Of a stretch of DNA of 64,000 nt, positions 1-12,701 are shown piece after piece. The stretch is from NCBI GenBank assembly GCA_021613535.1, contig CP075493.1, positions 6,634,001 through 6,698,000 of the forward strand, read 5' to 3'. Both the position numbers and the translations under genes were made by a program. This DNA is from Adineta vaga (taxonomy: Eukaryota > Animalia > Rotifera). Numbering within the stretch: position 1 is the first letter of the stretch; every line of letters starts with the position of its first letter. The notes below the pieces were generated by a model. That model searched no databases, was not told where the DNA came from, and saw nothing but the letters and a program-made list of their open reading frames with translations.

Positions 1-489
1 TAAATAATGTATCAAGTTCGGTCTTATATCAATATGACCATTATCAGATACGGTAATATATCGTTGTAATAGACAATGAATATTGTATAAACGTTGCGTA
101 TCATTAGCAAATGGACGTAATGTATTGTATAAATTAGTAAAACGAAATATCTGCAGATAATTGAAAGCATTACGAAATTTATCTTCATAAGCAATAAGAA
201 TTTGAAAAAGTTTTTGTAATCGTTCGATCGTAGGTCGTGGTCGACTATCATTTTTCGGAGTTTTTGGTGATTTATAACGAAGTAAAGATTCAGTTTCATC
301 AAAATTACATTTAATTGAACTGAATTTCTCGAGAAAAGATTCCTGTTCTTGTTTGACAGGTGTTGATTCATCTAATAATACTGGGTCGATAGGAGCATGA
401 TTAATAAGCCGTAAATATGTTAAAAGAATGAGAATCATTAATATTACCAGTAGAAATCGAAGTCGAAAACATTTGCGTACACGAAGCAT
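1..489 (-). CDS. Type II membrane protein, possibly a Golgi glycosyltransferase-type enzyme; 3' part runs off the window
   Basis: Manual translation from ATG 489: MLRVRKCFRLRFLLVILMILILLTYLRLINHAPIDPVLLDES... open to base 1. Short basic N-tail, one hydrophobic helix, lumenal stem. Missing from the ORF track because it has no stop in the window. Confidence 0.6.
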   Translation of the reverse strand, partial: MLRVRKCFRLRFLLVILMILILLTYLRLINHAPIDPVLLDESTPVKQEQESFLEKFSSIKCNFDETESLLRYKSPKTPKNDSRPRPTIERLQKLFQILIAYEDKFRNAFNYLQIFRFTNLYNTLRPFANDTQRLYNIHCLLQRYITVSDNGHIDIRPNLIHYL

Positions 490-2925
490 GAATAAAAGCC
501 CTAAATTGGTCGGTTGCCCGACTCTGCTAGCCGGGCGTGTCATTGATAATTATCGATCACTATTCATAGTTTCTTCACATTGGTTATATTTGTTCTAAAT
601 AAATGAAGCACAAAAAATTTCAAAAAGAAAAGTAATTTTAACGTCTAGCAGAATTCAATCATACAACTTAGTTACACAGAACGACAAAGAAAAACATTTA
701 ACCGTCTCTCGCATGCTCATAGTATTGACAGAATGTACATACAAGAGTAGAATGAAAAGAAGTATACTTATACAGTAAAAGAATTCAAACTGTAATCTAT
801 TTTTTTTTCTTTTAAATAATTTTCAAATGTAACATTGAAACAATGCTTACAATTGATAAGAACGTGACAAAATAAATTACATGTGCAAAAATAGAACGAA
901 AGACACCGAATGAATGTCTATGTTTACTAATTGTCATACGATTGAATTTCAAATTAATTATCGTTTGAATTATGATAAAGTTCAGGTCATTGCAATTTCG
1001 TTCGATTTCTCTGCCAATCATGCGTAAGTGAAAGATCTAACTGTTAGTAAACTAAAAGAAAAGTGTCATACTTGTAACGAACAGAGAACTTCAATTTGAT
1101 GACTTTAATTTTTCATATGAATGATCGAAAGGTATGTACTGACTTCTAATAATGATTTTTTTTCTTGTATCGACGATGAAAAGAAATACACACGTAATTT
1201 TATGATTGATAGTATTGATGAGCTAATAGAGCAAAATAGTTGCTTTTATCGCTTGCCTGAGCAAGTTAAATAGGTATATGTCAACGAATGATATACATCA
1301 CACATGACATCATGCGAAACGTGACGATACAAAGATTTCGAGTTACAAAGAAAGCACTGCCTTTGATATATAATGATCAAATGACATACATACATTTCCT
1401 TGGCTCGTTAATAAATCAGACAATAGTAATTACTTTCATTAGAAGTTACCTCTACAGTTTTATCAAGTCAACAAGTCATATGGTGATGTATATGAACGAC
1501 AAGGACATGGAAACAATAACTTGCTAACATCTTCTTTCAATTATCGATCTATACCATTCCTACAGGTTCTATGTAATTTGATGTAAGTCTCAAACGACGA
1601 TAATCACCGAACTAAGTACACCGAAAAAACGATGAGAACATTCTGTTTAGTCTTTTTTTTATTATATCTGATAAGAAGAGAAGATGATGAAATAGAGATG
1701 TTAAGCTAAGAAGAAGAAAAAAAATAACCTTGTCGCATGCAATGAGAATCTATTCCCTTTGGGCTAATAGTCAAAATAATCGTCGATGACTTATTAATGT
1801 TTTAATACAGAACTATTTACATGTCTCTTGATATATTGATTTTACTTGATAAAAGTAATTGACAAGTAGAAATAGCGGAAAAAAATCGATATATATGTAA
1901 AAAATACTTGTACTCACAAGTTTTTCTTATACTGAATGAGAAAAACAAATACAAGCATTTATTTACCCACGAAACCATGTGGTTATTTTTCATGTTTATG
2001 TCTCGTGTCCATACAACAAAATAATAATAATAATAAACGAGCATCTAATCGGTGAAAGCAACATATACATCTAGAGATCTTTTCGAGTCTGTCAATTGAA
2101 GAAATATGACATGTATAGCTGACGAATGAAGAAGCATTCTCGACATCGTCTACTCTGTTCTTGTTCTTGTTCTTCTTTCTTTCCCTTCGTCTCTTGTTTT
2201 CCTCATTACATCCGACATCCCAGAAATGACAAAATTTATCTAAGTAGTTTCTATTCAATGACTATCTCAAACTTGTCATTCCGAACGACAAGAAGAAGAA
2301 GAAGAAGAAAAAATGATTTCATCCGATGCCTCGCTATTCACTTTTACCATGTGTAGAGTGTATTGAATGAGTCCTTGATACTTTACAAGAACATTAAGAA
2401 GAAAAAGAAGGACAATTTACACATGCTATGTCATCTAGACGTTATGCATACTAAAGACAACAAGATAAATATTCTTCTGTCTATCTATCTCCTCTTAGGT
2501 ACATAGAATTATCGACAATAATCTAAACAGAAATGGTCCAGTAAAACGGAACAATTCTGACATTTTTCCTGCTATTTATTTAGATATATTTATAGTATGA
2601 TAGATTAATTGTATGTAATATAATCATTGGCTATATTCAATCATCAAAAACTGGCTGAGTAAAAACTAAACTAATAATTGTTAATAGAATCAAAAATAGT
2701 ATTACATGTCAACAGTTAATAGTTTATTCTTATTGATTCATGTTTATGTTCAAAAATATCGAAACATCCTCGATCGATTGCTAATAGTCCAAAACGAGGT
2801 CACCATGATATGTTACAGTGTTTTGTTTTTCTTGCATGTATAGATGCATAGCATTTATATTTTCATAAACTTCGATCCTAAGAAACTAACAAATACAAAA
2901 TATGAAGAAAAAAAAGAAGGAAATT

Positions 2926-3568
2926 TTATTCCACGGATGATGATGTAGGATAGGTCTTTAGAAGTTTATTGGATAGCCATGCTGGTTGTCGATTTTTCGC
3001 AAATTGTTTCACTACTTTATCTGGATCGCCACCACCTTTAAGATTTGCTTTTTCTACAGTACTAGTTTCCTAGAGAGAGAGAGAGAAAAAAAATTAATTG
3101 CTTCAGAGAAAAAAAGACATTCTTACTTGAAATTCATTGACACAAGCATAAAAATCAGCAACTTCTTTTTCACATCCAAAATTATCATATTCATGTTTTT
3201 GTAAACAAGTTAACATCTATAATTTTCAATAGGATTATAAACAATATCAAGTCAAAAAAGATATGACTTACAATATTCATCAATGGACCACATGTATATT
3301 CTAGATGAAAATTAGAATCGTTATGATGTATTGATTTGACATGAAGATTTACCTGATGCAGTTGTTCCACCACCTCGAACATAATCTCGTAATCGTGCTG
3401 GTAAAGCTTGACGAAATTGAAATTGATTAAGACGATAATTCGGTGCGATAATAGCTCTAGATAAAAAATTGAATAATTTATATCAATGATAAGCATATTC
3501 TATTACCTAGGTAGTTTTGAGGGTGCTTTATATTTTAAAAAACGAAACTGAGAATCAAATTTACCCAT
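2926..3568 (-). CDS. CHCHD1: CHCHD1 / mitoribosomal protein mS37 (5 exons)
   Basis: Spliced translation MGKFDSQFRFLKYKAPSKLPR|AIIAPNYRL...|YTCGPLMNI|MLTCLQKHEYDNFGCEKEVADFYACVNEFQ|...NKLLKTYP. Twin CX9C motif and C-terminal NKLL..P as in CHCHD1; GT-AG introns. Confidence 0.8.
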
Positions 3569-3595
3569 CTAGAATATACAAAACAAAATAATTAA

Positions 3596-4193
3596 TCATT
3601 TGTTTTCTACTGAAGAAAAAGAATTAAAAAGCCAATCGCTTGGTACATGAGCACCATACTCTGTAGGCCATGAATTATGTTTTGGATAAGATCGAGATCG
3701 ACCACAAGTGGAACAAGTGACGAGAATGCCTGTTTTATGTTTATCTAAATCGAAAAATTGTTATATTTCGAACAAAATTTCTCTTTCTAAATTTACTAAA
3801 ACGAATAGTTGCCGTTAATGGTGACCAGAGAATCATATTACAACATGGACATAACAATCGTTTCATTTCTGGATGTCTAAATCGATCACATAATCAACGA
3901 TGGTTTCAATTGCAAATCTTATCAACTATTTTCTTACAAACGAATTTGTTTCTTTTGAGCATGGACATGAATTTGTTTGACAAGATGTCGAACCAAATTT
4001 AAATCAGCTGTCGTTAATAAAACAGTATGTGCTGTCTAAGTAATAATATATAGATATATTTTGATCATAGCTTCTTTTGTTTTGTTCTACATACTTGAAA
4101 GAGATAGGAAAGATGATTTGCTGCATTAACATTTGCCGGTGATGTTAAATAACCTGTTCGATTCTTTTTGGATTTATTTTCTAATTCAGACAT
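3596..4193 (-). CDS. RPP21: RNase P subunit p21 (Rpr2/Rpp21 family, 4 exons)
   Basis: MSELENK...HLSYLFQ|TAH...QKKQIRL|HPEMKRLLCPCCNMIL...|KTGILVTCSTCGRSR. LSYLxQ, KRxxCxxC and second CxxC zinc ribbon. Confidence 0.85.
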
Positions 4194-4768
4194 CTGTAAA
4201 AACAAACTGAAATGGAATCATTAATACCTCACATTTCATTTTTTTCGTGTTTAGAATGAATAGAATAATGATAACAAATAAAGAAACAGTTATTCTGTTT
4301 GAATAATAAAAACAATAAAGCCCAAAGTAGCCCGAAAACAAAACGTAGGGATAAGAGATAAAGTTAGAACGTACAAAGCAAAAACAACAATGATAAACAC
4401 TCGCACGAAAAGTTCTAATTTACCTAACTATGTAGGCGATTTTTTTCTCTGATCTTTTCTTTTTATTGATTTTAAAGTGAGACATACAGCGAAATAATGA
4501 AGAAAACATACGTTAAGCGAAGAAAAAAAGAAGAATGTAAAATGATGTTATTGACGTGTGTTTTTTTTCTAAGGATAGAAAAAGAAAGAACAAACATGAC
4601 AAAGATTTGATCATCGAATAACAAAGAAAAGAAAAAAAAACTTTGGGTGCCTAATTAAGTTCTCTTTTATAAAGACACTTGATAACAATATTGATGTTAA
4701 ATCGAAAGAAAAGAAACAGATAACCGAAAAAAAGATATCAAGTCAGACAAAGATAAATCGACCGAGAT

Positions 4769-5592
4769 TTATGCAGGTAAAGACAATTTCTTTCCTTTCA
4801 AAACTAAAAGTAAACAGAAAAATGATTTTTCTTTTAAAAAGAATTTCAACACAAATCAATCTTACCTTTTGTTATGTAAAGATAGAAAAAGTCACAATAA
4901 AGTACTGTTTGAACAATACCAGATACAATCGATATCCAATCAATAAAATTTTCCGTATAATAACGATAAATCCAATTGAGAATGTAAAGAAATCGATAGA
5001 TACCCAATGCAAATAAATAATGACTTGTTATTGTTTCAGCTTCACCCGTTTTACTAACCATAAATAATTGAGGTAGAATGGCAACTGATTCCAAATAAAT
5101 TGAGAATGTCCAGAGAACCTAAGAATGAAAAACAAAAACGTTTTTCTTCACGTTATCAAATCTCTTCAAATGAAAACTTACTTCCAATACAGAATATTCA
5201 TGATTCCATAAGAGAGCAAGTACAGCTGAAGGTAAAATTAGAAATTCAATACGAAATGTATCATGATTTCGATCATAAGTTGCTTTAAATTTTCGATAAA
5301 TCAAAAAGAGTGTAAAAAATGTTGAAACAAGATAAATTATTTTCATAACCGAATTATATAAACTAACAAAATGAGTAAATAAATCAAGATAACGACATGT
5401 GAAAACAATTGCATAGAGTAAAACACTCTTGCCCGATACACCTAAAATCAAATAAGATCAAATTAAAAAGAAGAAAATATTTCGCATGTCGTTTGTCTTA
5501 CCAGCACATGAACGTGTTTTCCAAATTTTTAATAATAAAATAATGATTGCTCCCAAATGGGAAAAATCACCCAATAGTCGAAAGATATTCAT
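4769..5592 (-). CDS. KDELR: ER lumen protein-retaining (KDEL) receptor
   Basis: [13 protein letters not shown]...[10 protein letters not shown]|VSGKS...RYLDLF...[10 protein letters not shown]...YRFLYILNW...DFFYLY...[10 protein letters not shown]. Confidence 0.97.
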
Positions 5593-6271
5593 CTTAAATA
5601 TAACTAATTCTAACAATAGTTGTGTTAATGATTATGGCGCGCTTATCTAGAAGAAAGGCATCAGATGTTGAAGTGAAGTGAATGATATATGGAATTTGTA
5701 AACATAAGAATTGAAAATTATTGGTAGGAATACGTGGCTTAGAAAACTACCTTTCAAAGCCAATCAAAAATTATTAATCAAATCAATGATTTTAAAATTG
5801 TGTTCTAAAAATCAAAATCAACAGATGTTTCATTAATATATTAATATCAATTTGTTTTGATTATTATTCTTGTAATCATTCGTTTTTTCATCTAGATGGC
5901 GCAAGGCATCAATGAGAAATGTCTACATGAAATATATTGTGCTCATATGTCAATATTCAAAATAGAAATGTTTGATATCATCAATACGAAATCTTGATTT
6001 TCTTTGTTTACTTTGATGCAGTAGGAATATAACCCAAAAAGGAAAAAGAAAGGAACAAAGAAGAAAAAATAAAGAGTTGAAGAAAAGATCAAAATAATAA
6101 ATATCTCGAGAAATTTTCTATGCGCCATTCGTGTGAAAACACACACACACACATATATATATATATCGAGTTATGTATATGATAGAGAGAAGAAAAAAAG
6201 TCAACACCCTCAAAATAAATAGAGAAACAAACAATGAAGAAGATTTGCCTAATGACACAGATGGATTTTTA

Positions 6272-7723
6272 TCACCAAGCTGATGCTTCAGCTCGATTTG
6301 CATTCAATGTACGATAATTATTCGTGGATTGATCTTCATCAGGATTATCGTCATGATAAACTGTTCGATTTGGATTTGGTTGTAAATCATCATCATTTTC
6401 ATTATGTCGATTATTCGTTTCATCATTATGATGATCATCTGGTAGATCAAGATCAGGCATAGGAAAACGTAAAATAGCAGCAATGCCTGTTAATTGACCT
6501 AATCGTTCACCAGATGCATGCATACTACAAACAAAAGAAAAAGGAAATAGAAATTTCATTATGAGGAAAAAGATTTACCTTGAAAATAATCGTACATCAC
6601 CACCATGGTCTTTGACAGAATCAACAAGTTGAACAAAACGACGTCGTTTCGTAAAATCAATATTTCGAAAAAGTCCATCAGTTATCAGTAGACCTAAAGA
6701 AATGAATGCCATATTTTGATCTTATTAAATTCTTTTTCTTACATTCAATAGCTTGTGCTTGGTTCGCTTTTTCAATTACTTCTAAACCGTAATAAGCTTT
6801 TTCTGGTTCATCATTCAAAAGTTGCATAAATTGATCAAGTAATTTCATTTCACCTGCTGCTTTCGTATCCGATAATCGATTTAATACTAATGGATCTTGC
6901 AAAACTTCAGTTAAAGCATGTTTAAATCCATTACTTGAATGTAATAAAATGAATTTATTTCGATTGTCAAGTAAATGTCTTTCATCATCACGTGTCGCTT
7001 TGGATAACATATATTGATAGAATTGATCTTTAATAAAACCTGGACTTGCTATGATAACAGCTTTAACAATGGAAAAATCGATATGTTTGATTATTGCAGC
7101 AATAATAACATCAAAGAATTTCTCCATGCCTTTATCATGTTGAGCACAAAGACCTTTACGTTTTCTTGGAATCGTATGTTCAATTTTTTGACGATTAATT
7201 GTTAAATATTCAGTAATAAGACATATATTAGCTAAACCTTCGTGCATAATAACAGCTGCAACATCAGCTTGATGAGCTGGATTACATGCCATGTCAACAC
7301 GATCTAAGGCAATAGAATCCCATTCATGTTTTCGTAAGGTAAAGGCATTATGTAATTCTAAATCGAGAGTGTGATAAGAACCTAAAATGAATATTAAAAT
7401 TATTATCTGAAAAAAGAAATGATTATTTACAAACCTTTTTTAACAAATTCGTTCTCTTCAATGGTTCGTCCTTTAACTCTCAGCGCACACGCTGCACTAT
7501 CATAATTAACATCCATGACTTCAATTGTTAACATCATTCTTTTTTTTGTTGTTGTCGACGATCCAGTGTCTGAAGTTTGCACAACTTTTCGTACAGTTGT
7601 TGCACGAAGACTATCACCAACAGCAATTAAATTATATGCATGCCACATATCTTCTTGTTCTTCGGGTTCGAGCTTCAGCTCACCCGATGAACCACGATCA
7701 AGATTTCTTTTGATTAGACGCAT
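6272..7723 (-). CDS. PELO: Pelota (Dom34) ribosome rescue factor
   Basis: [55 protein letters not shown]; multi-exon. Confidence 0.97.
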
Positions 7724-8981
7724 TACGAAATTATATCATCTCCTCATCTATAGACGCAATATTGAAAATGAATGAATCTGAAAAGGAAAAGTGTACTCGT
7801 TATTCCTTATTCTTTCGACATAAAATATTACGTTAAAATGATTCATTCATGATTCTTTTACCAATAAAGCTCTTATTGGTTCAATCTTTTACCAGTAGAA
7901 TAACAGAAGATATCGTTAGTCATAGTTAGTATATTTCGAACGAACTTCTTCATTATATTAGAACATTACCAGGTTTTCCATAGTAGATTGATTGAAATTG
8001 ATAATAAACTTGCTGTTTTTATATGAAAATCTATAACAATGATTAGAATCGATAAATGCTAAAAATATAATTATGTCTTTCTTTTTAAAATACTAACAGA
8101 TTTTTTTCGTTCTCATAACATTGACGTTTTTATTTTTCAGTTGAAATTAACATGTCACGGGTTGTATATTATTAGCTTGAACATACAATAAAACTAATCA
8201 ACGTGGTCGTCAAGATAATTTTAAGCGAAAATATTATATTTCTATTAATTTAATCCATCAGATTGCAAACCGATAGGTTTTTATTAAATCATACATTTCT
8301 ATCTGTTCTCTCAACAAATCTTGGAAAACGTATAATAATTCGAGGTATCTAGTGTTCTATAAACTTGCTGCACATCGAAAAAAGAGAGAATGAAAAAGTA
8401 TGTATAGTTTAACAACAGAAAAGAGAGATTGTACTTTGTATAGTGCACGAAATATTTTTAATGTGTATAAATAAATCTAACACGCAATAGAAAGAAGTGA
8501 AGGCTAACATAAACTGCGTATTATCTGAACTTTGATCGATAAGAAATAACAGAGATACAAATACAGTTATTTTGTTGCTCTATGATATGAAGATATTGTC
8601 GACTTGTCGTACGTATTTCTTTTTTTTCGTCAACTATTTCGGTATTGAATTGAAAAACTATGAAAATGTTCGCCACGTTTTTCTCCGTCCGTTTTGTACA
8701 AAGAAATTTTTTGTTTTTTTTTATTACAAAGGTACGTTCGCTACATCTTGATATACAACACGTGAGAATAGAGGAAAAGAAAATAATAGAAAAGCTGACG
8801 AAATACGAAAAGAAAAAAAGAGATACACCCCCAACATCCACAAGAATATCATGCAGATCAACACGAAGCTAAACATTTCTTTCTCTATTGGTTTCAGTAA
8901 TATATAAGTACATTATTCACACATTATCATTCTATTTTTCTTTCACATATCTTGAACCGTAATCTGCACGTACTAACTAGA

Positions 8982-9833
8982 ATGACGAATTCAGTTGCTT
9001 GTATTTTTTTCACGCTCGATTCAAACATAAATTCAATATCGCTTATGGATTTTCAACCCGGTGCAAATACAGATCAAATCTTGATTAATAATTATGATCA
9101 TCCTCACAATATTAATATACTTACACAGACACTTAATGGTGCTATAGAAACAATATTAGATCACAATGTGGGCGAGCGACTCTGTACGTAATATATCTCT
9201 ATTTTGTTTTTCACAATAAAAGTCAAACTAGATCACTGTTCGATCAATGTAATGAATTAGTTCTCATTACTACAACACTTGTACTAGTTCACTCTGAAAA
9301 TTCACGTGATTGAATTGAATTTTAACTTGTAATTTTTCCATATTATTTTTAGGTGATGTTCTAAGTCAAGGTTTTGGATTCATGTCAGTCCAGAATGGCA
9401 ATGGTGAACCTTGTAAAAAATTAGCTGTGATGATTATTGATGGTAGTATTCGTTTTGGTGCTGATCCCATTCAAGTGTCCAATGCTTTTATTGCACGAGA
9501 TATTACTTTAGCTGTCGTTGCCACGCACACACCTGCTTTCGAAATTTGGGATTTTTATCGTGATTTAGCTGATTACACAGGTATTAAACAGAAAGATAGT
9601 TCATTCTCATATTAATAAGTATAAAGATTAAATTATAAACTATATTTTTAGGCGGTGAGTACATGTTGATGGACAATGCATCATGTGTTTTACCACGTGT
9701 TATCACACCGGTTGCGAACGATGCTTCTACACTTCGTCAAGCATTTCGTCATGGATATACAAAAGATAATCCGACAGATATAGATCAAAATGACCACATG
9801 AATGAAGAATTTCAATTTCCACTTGAACTATAA
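8982..9833 (+). CDS. Uncharacterised protein, possibly divergent vWA-like fold; paralogue A
   Basis: Exons MTNSVACI..., KLAVMIIDG...DPIQVSNAFIARDITLAVV...WDFYRDLADYTG|GEYM...TLRQAF. The A..TGGEY end resembles the vWA C-terminus; no MIDAS motif seen. Confidence 0.55.
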
Positions 9834-10346
9834 TTTATTTTCCGATACAGATATTTATTTCCTTCATTTTTCTCTCTGCGAAGTTCTGATATTTTAGTCG
9901 TACTTTTCATTTTTACAATCTAAATAGCTTTGTATTTCTCATTCCTTCCCTAGTTTTATGTTTAGAATGAATTTACAAATATATTAAACAATCTTCCCGA
10001 GAAAATTTATTATTTCAAAATATCACTATTTCTTTTTCACACGTGTAGTAAGATCTTCTTCGCTCTTTCTACAAATTTCGTATTCAGAATCAGATATATT
10101 CGTTTGTTAATGAAATATTATAATGAAGAAAAATTTTTTAGGTAATAAATTGAATGAAAATATCACATCGGTTGTTTTGTTACTAAGCAATGCAACAAAC
10201 ATGATCGAAAAGAATCAAATGACGTCATATGGGCGTTGATATTTCGTTACATTTTGTTTTTTAAAGAGTACGTTCTGCTTGACAAATTTCACACGCAAGA
10301 ATGACATATAAATAATCACGTCAGACATTAATTGAGAAAACTTACT

Positions 10347-10964
10347 ATGCTCCAGCAGAATTTAGTAACTTGTACTAAATACAACGATTATATTGCTTAT
10401 AAATATGAAATCACAAGTGAAATAATCAACAAATATCTTCCTGATAAATTACCTCCATTTGCTTCCATTACGCCAAGAAATATAGCTAAACGAACTGTCG
10501 TCTATTTAACACCGTTACTTCTTGTGTCTCGTCCTCAAATTATTGATCATTGCAAACAATTATCGAATTCAATAACATTAGAAGATCTTTTAGAGCAATT
10601 GTTAATAAAACAAGATCCGAATTTTCGTTATAATTTAGTTATTACGGGCAATTCAATTTATTTCATTGAAACTCCTCATAGTCATCATTTGTCACATCAT
10701 CTATTTTGTAAACATGCAACATTATGTAACAATTCGAAAGATGTTCGATTCGCTGGCGAATTTTGGTTCGATGAAAATAAAGAATTTCGATTAAATAATA
10801 ATTCGGGTACTTATCGACCATTAGATATTTTACTCGAAAATACAATTCAACTTTTTCAACAATTAACACCTCGTTTACAATTTCGTGGAACATGTTTTCG
10901 AGCAGATGATCTTCGACCTTCAATTAAAAATCGTTTACTTTCAAAAATACAAACAAAAGTCTAG
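10347..10964 (+). CDS. Intronless uncharacterised protein with KH..L...VRFAGEFW...NNNSGTYRP motifs
   Basis: Clean ~205 aa ORF from ATG 10347. The AGEF/NxSGTYRP motif pair is recalled from fungal and bacterial uncharacterised proteins. Confidence 0.75.
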   Translation: MLQQNLVTCTKYNDYIAYKYEITSEIINKYLPDKLPPFASITPRNIAKRTVVYLTPLLLVSRPQIIDHCKQLSNSITLEDLLEQLLIKQDPNFRYNLVITGNSIYFIETPHSHHLSHHLFCKHATLCNNSKDVRFAGEFWFDENKEFRLNNNSGTYRPLDILLENTIQLFQQLTPRLQFRGTCFRADDLRPSIKNRLLSKIQTKV

Positions 10965-11187
10965 CGTATATCTCATCATGTGTAAATAATTTGACATGTG
11001 GAATGATTCTTGTTATATTTCGAAAAGGAGATCCTAAAAAATAAAAGTTTTTATTGCGATAAATATACAAAGAACTTTTTTATTCAAATAAATCAAATAT
11101 CATAACTTAGCATGCTTGTATATTTATTATTTTTATTTTTATTCTTATGCTCATACTAAGATAAAATTACTATTAGTAATTGTGTCA

Positions 11188-12137
11188 TTAACCTAAACCA
11201 TGATCGAAAGATAAATCTCCAACACCATCTGTTATTGGATTTTGTTCATTCATATCACCTGAATAATTCACAGCCAATGAGTTGTCTTGTGTTTGCCTAT
11301 GAAGGAATGCTTGTCGAAGTGTATAGCCTTCAGTAATCGTCGATATGATAGCACGTGACAAAATACTTGGAGCAACCGATGACAACATATATTCACCTCC
11401 TAAAATTGAAAAATAACAATCGGAAAGATTACATGAGATAACAATGCATAAATTGTTCATACCTGTATTGCGAGCTGCTTCACGATACAAATCCCAGCTT
11501 GAGTATGTTAATGCTTTATCAATCACACAGCCAATACGATATCGTGACGTTCAAATGCAACTGATAGATCATTGAGATTAATGTTAGAAGGAAAAGATTC
11601 ATCAATACTTAAAAGGACCACTTTTTCTCGAAATACAACATTTAAATTCTACAACAAAGAGAGAAATATTCATAATTAGATCAATATGGATTAAATTACA
11701 TTTGGAGGAAGTGACGCATTGAAAGTCAGATTGATATCATTGACTAAATATAAATACACAATATACACATAAGTTAAATAATTAGATGAAAGAACTTTCG
11801 TTGATCAAAATTACATGCATGTAAGCAAATAAATATTTACATAAATGGAAGAAAAAGATATTTAAAGTTTGACGCAGGCAAATCGTAGCCATCGTGCTAC
11901 GAAACACAATAATTATCATAACTAAACATCTGTCTTTCTCTATTGAATCGTTGAGATCGAGAAACGATTGATTTTGCACTTGAAATTCTTCTACTTACCA
12001 AGCATTTGAGTATCATTCTGTTGCCCTCGATCTATAATAAACATTGGTGTGTCATTATGTCTCTCAGGATGAAATTGAAAAAAAATCTTACTAATATATC
12101 TACGAAAGTCGACCGCAATACAGCCAAAGTTTGTCAT
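11188..12137 (-). pseudogene. Paralogue B of the 8982-9833 gene, with a frameshift at ~11526
   Basis: MTNFGCI..., EKVVLLSIDE...AFERHDIVLAV then TGA; continues in another frame IDKALTYSSWDLYREAARNTG|GEYM...TLRQAF. Same intron position (TG|GEY) as paralogue A. Could be an assembly indel. Confidence 0.55.
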
Positions 12138-12663
12138 CTTGGTTACTGGATTGTAATTATATGTGAAAACCTTGAAGTAATTTGAGCAGATAACTCTAAA
12201 ACTAGAATACAAATGTGAACGAAAATTAGAAAATCAACTTCTGATGATACGTACTTCTTATTCGTTTATTTACTGATGCAACGCTCAATACTGACAAATC
12301 ATAGAGCAACTTCAATTGACTCATCAAGGTGAGAAGCTACTCATAAGACAAAACCAATTGACTGTCTGATTGTAAATGATTTTTTAGCACTAAAATTAAT
12401 TTAAAAAAGAAGAATATTAGTTGAATTTCAAAGATAATATGATTTATCTAGCCAGCGCTATGTGTCGGATAAAACAGAACATCATTTTGATTGGCGATTA
12501 CATTTTTCGTTCTTTCATTGGAGCATTTAAGAGAAGAGAAGAGAAATAGAGGACGACATTTCTTTTTTATCTTACACCCCTTGCACTTATATGTATAAAA
12601 AAAAGTAGAGAACAAAATTTGTCTTATTTTTTAAACACTCAATATTTTCGTATGACTTTCCAT

Positions 12664-12701
12664 TAGACATGTGCAGGGTAACGGACCCCTGCACATCTCT
12701 A
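12664..12701. mobile_element. 38-bp hAT-type mini-element (two 15-bp TIRs) with 8-bp target-site duplication
   Basis: TAGACATGTGCAGGG-taacggac-CCCTGCACATCTCTA (14/15 inverted match), flanked by CTTTCCAT at 12656-12663 and 12702-12709. Confidence 0.8.

Noticed and set aside
24-371. 115-aa ORF-track entry
   Set aside because: Off-frame shadow of the longer minus-strand ORF starting at 489.
812-2356. Several 69-91 aa ORFs
   Set aside because: Low-complexity AT-rich translations without motifs or consistent exon structure.
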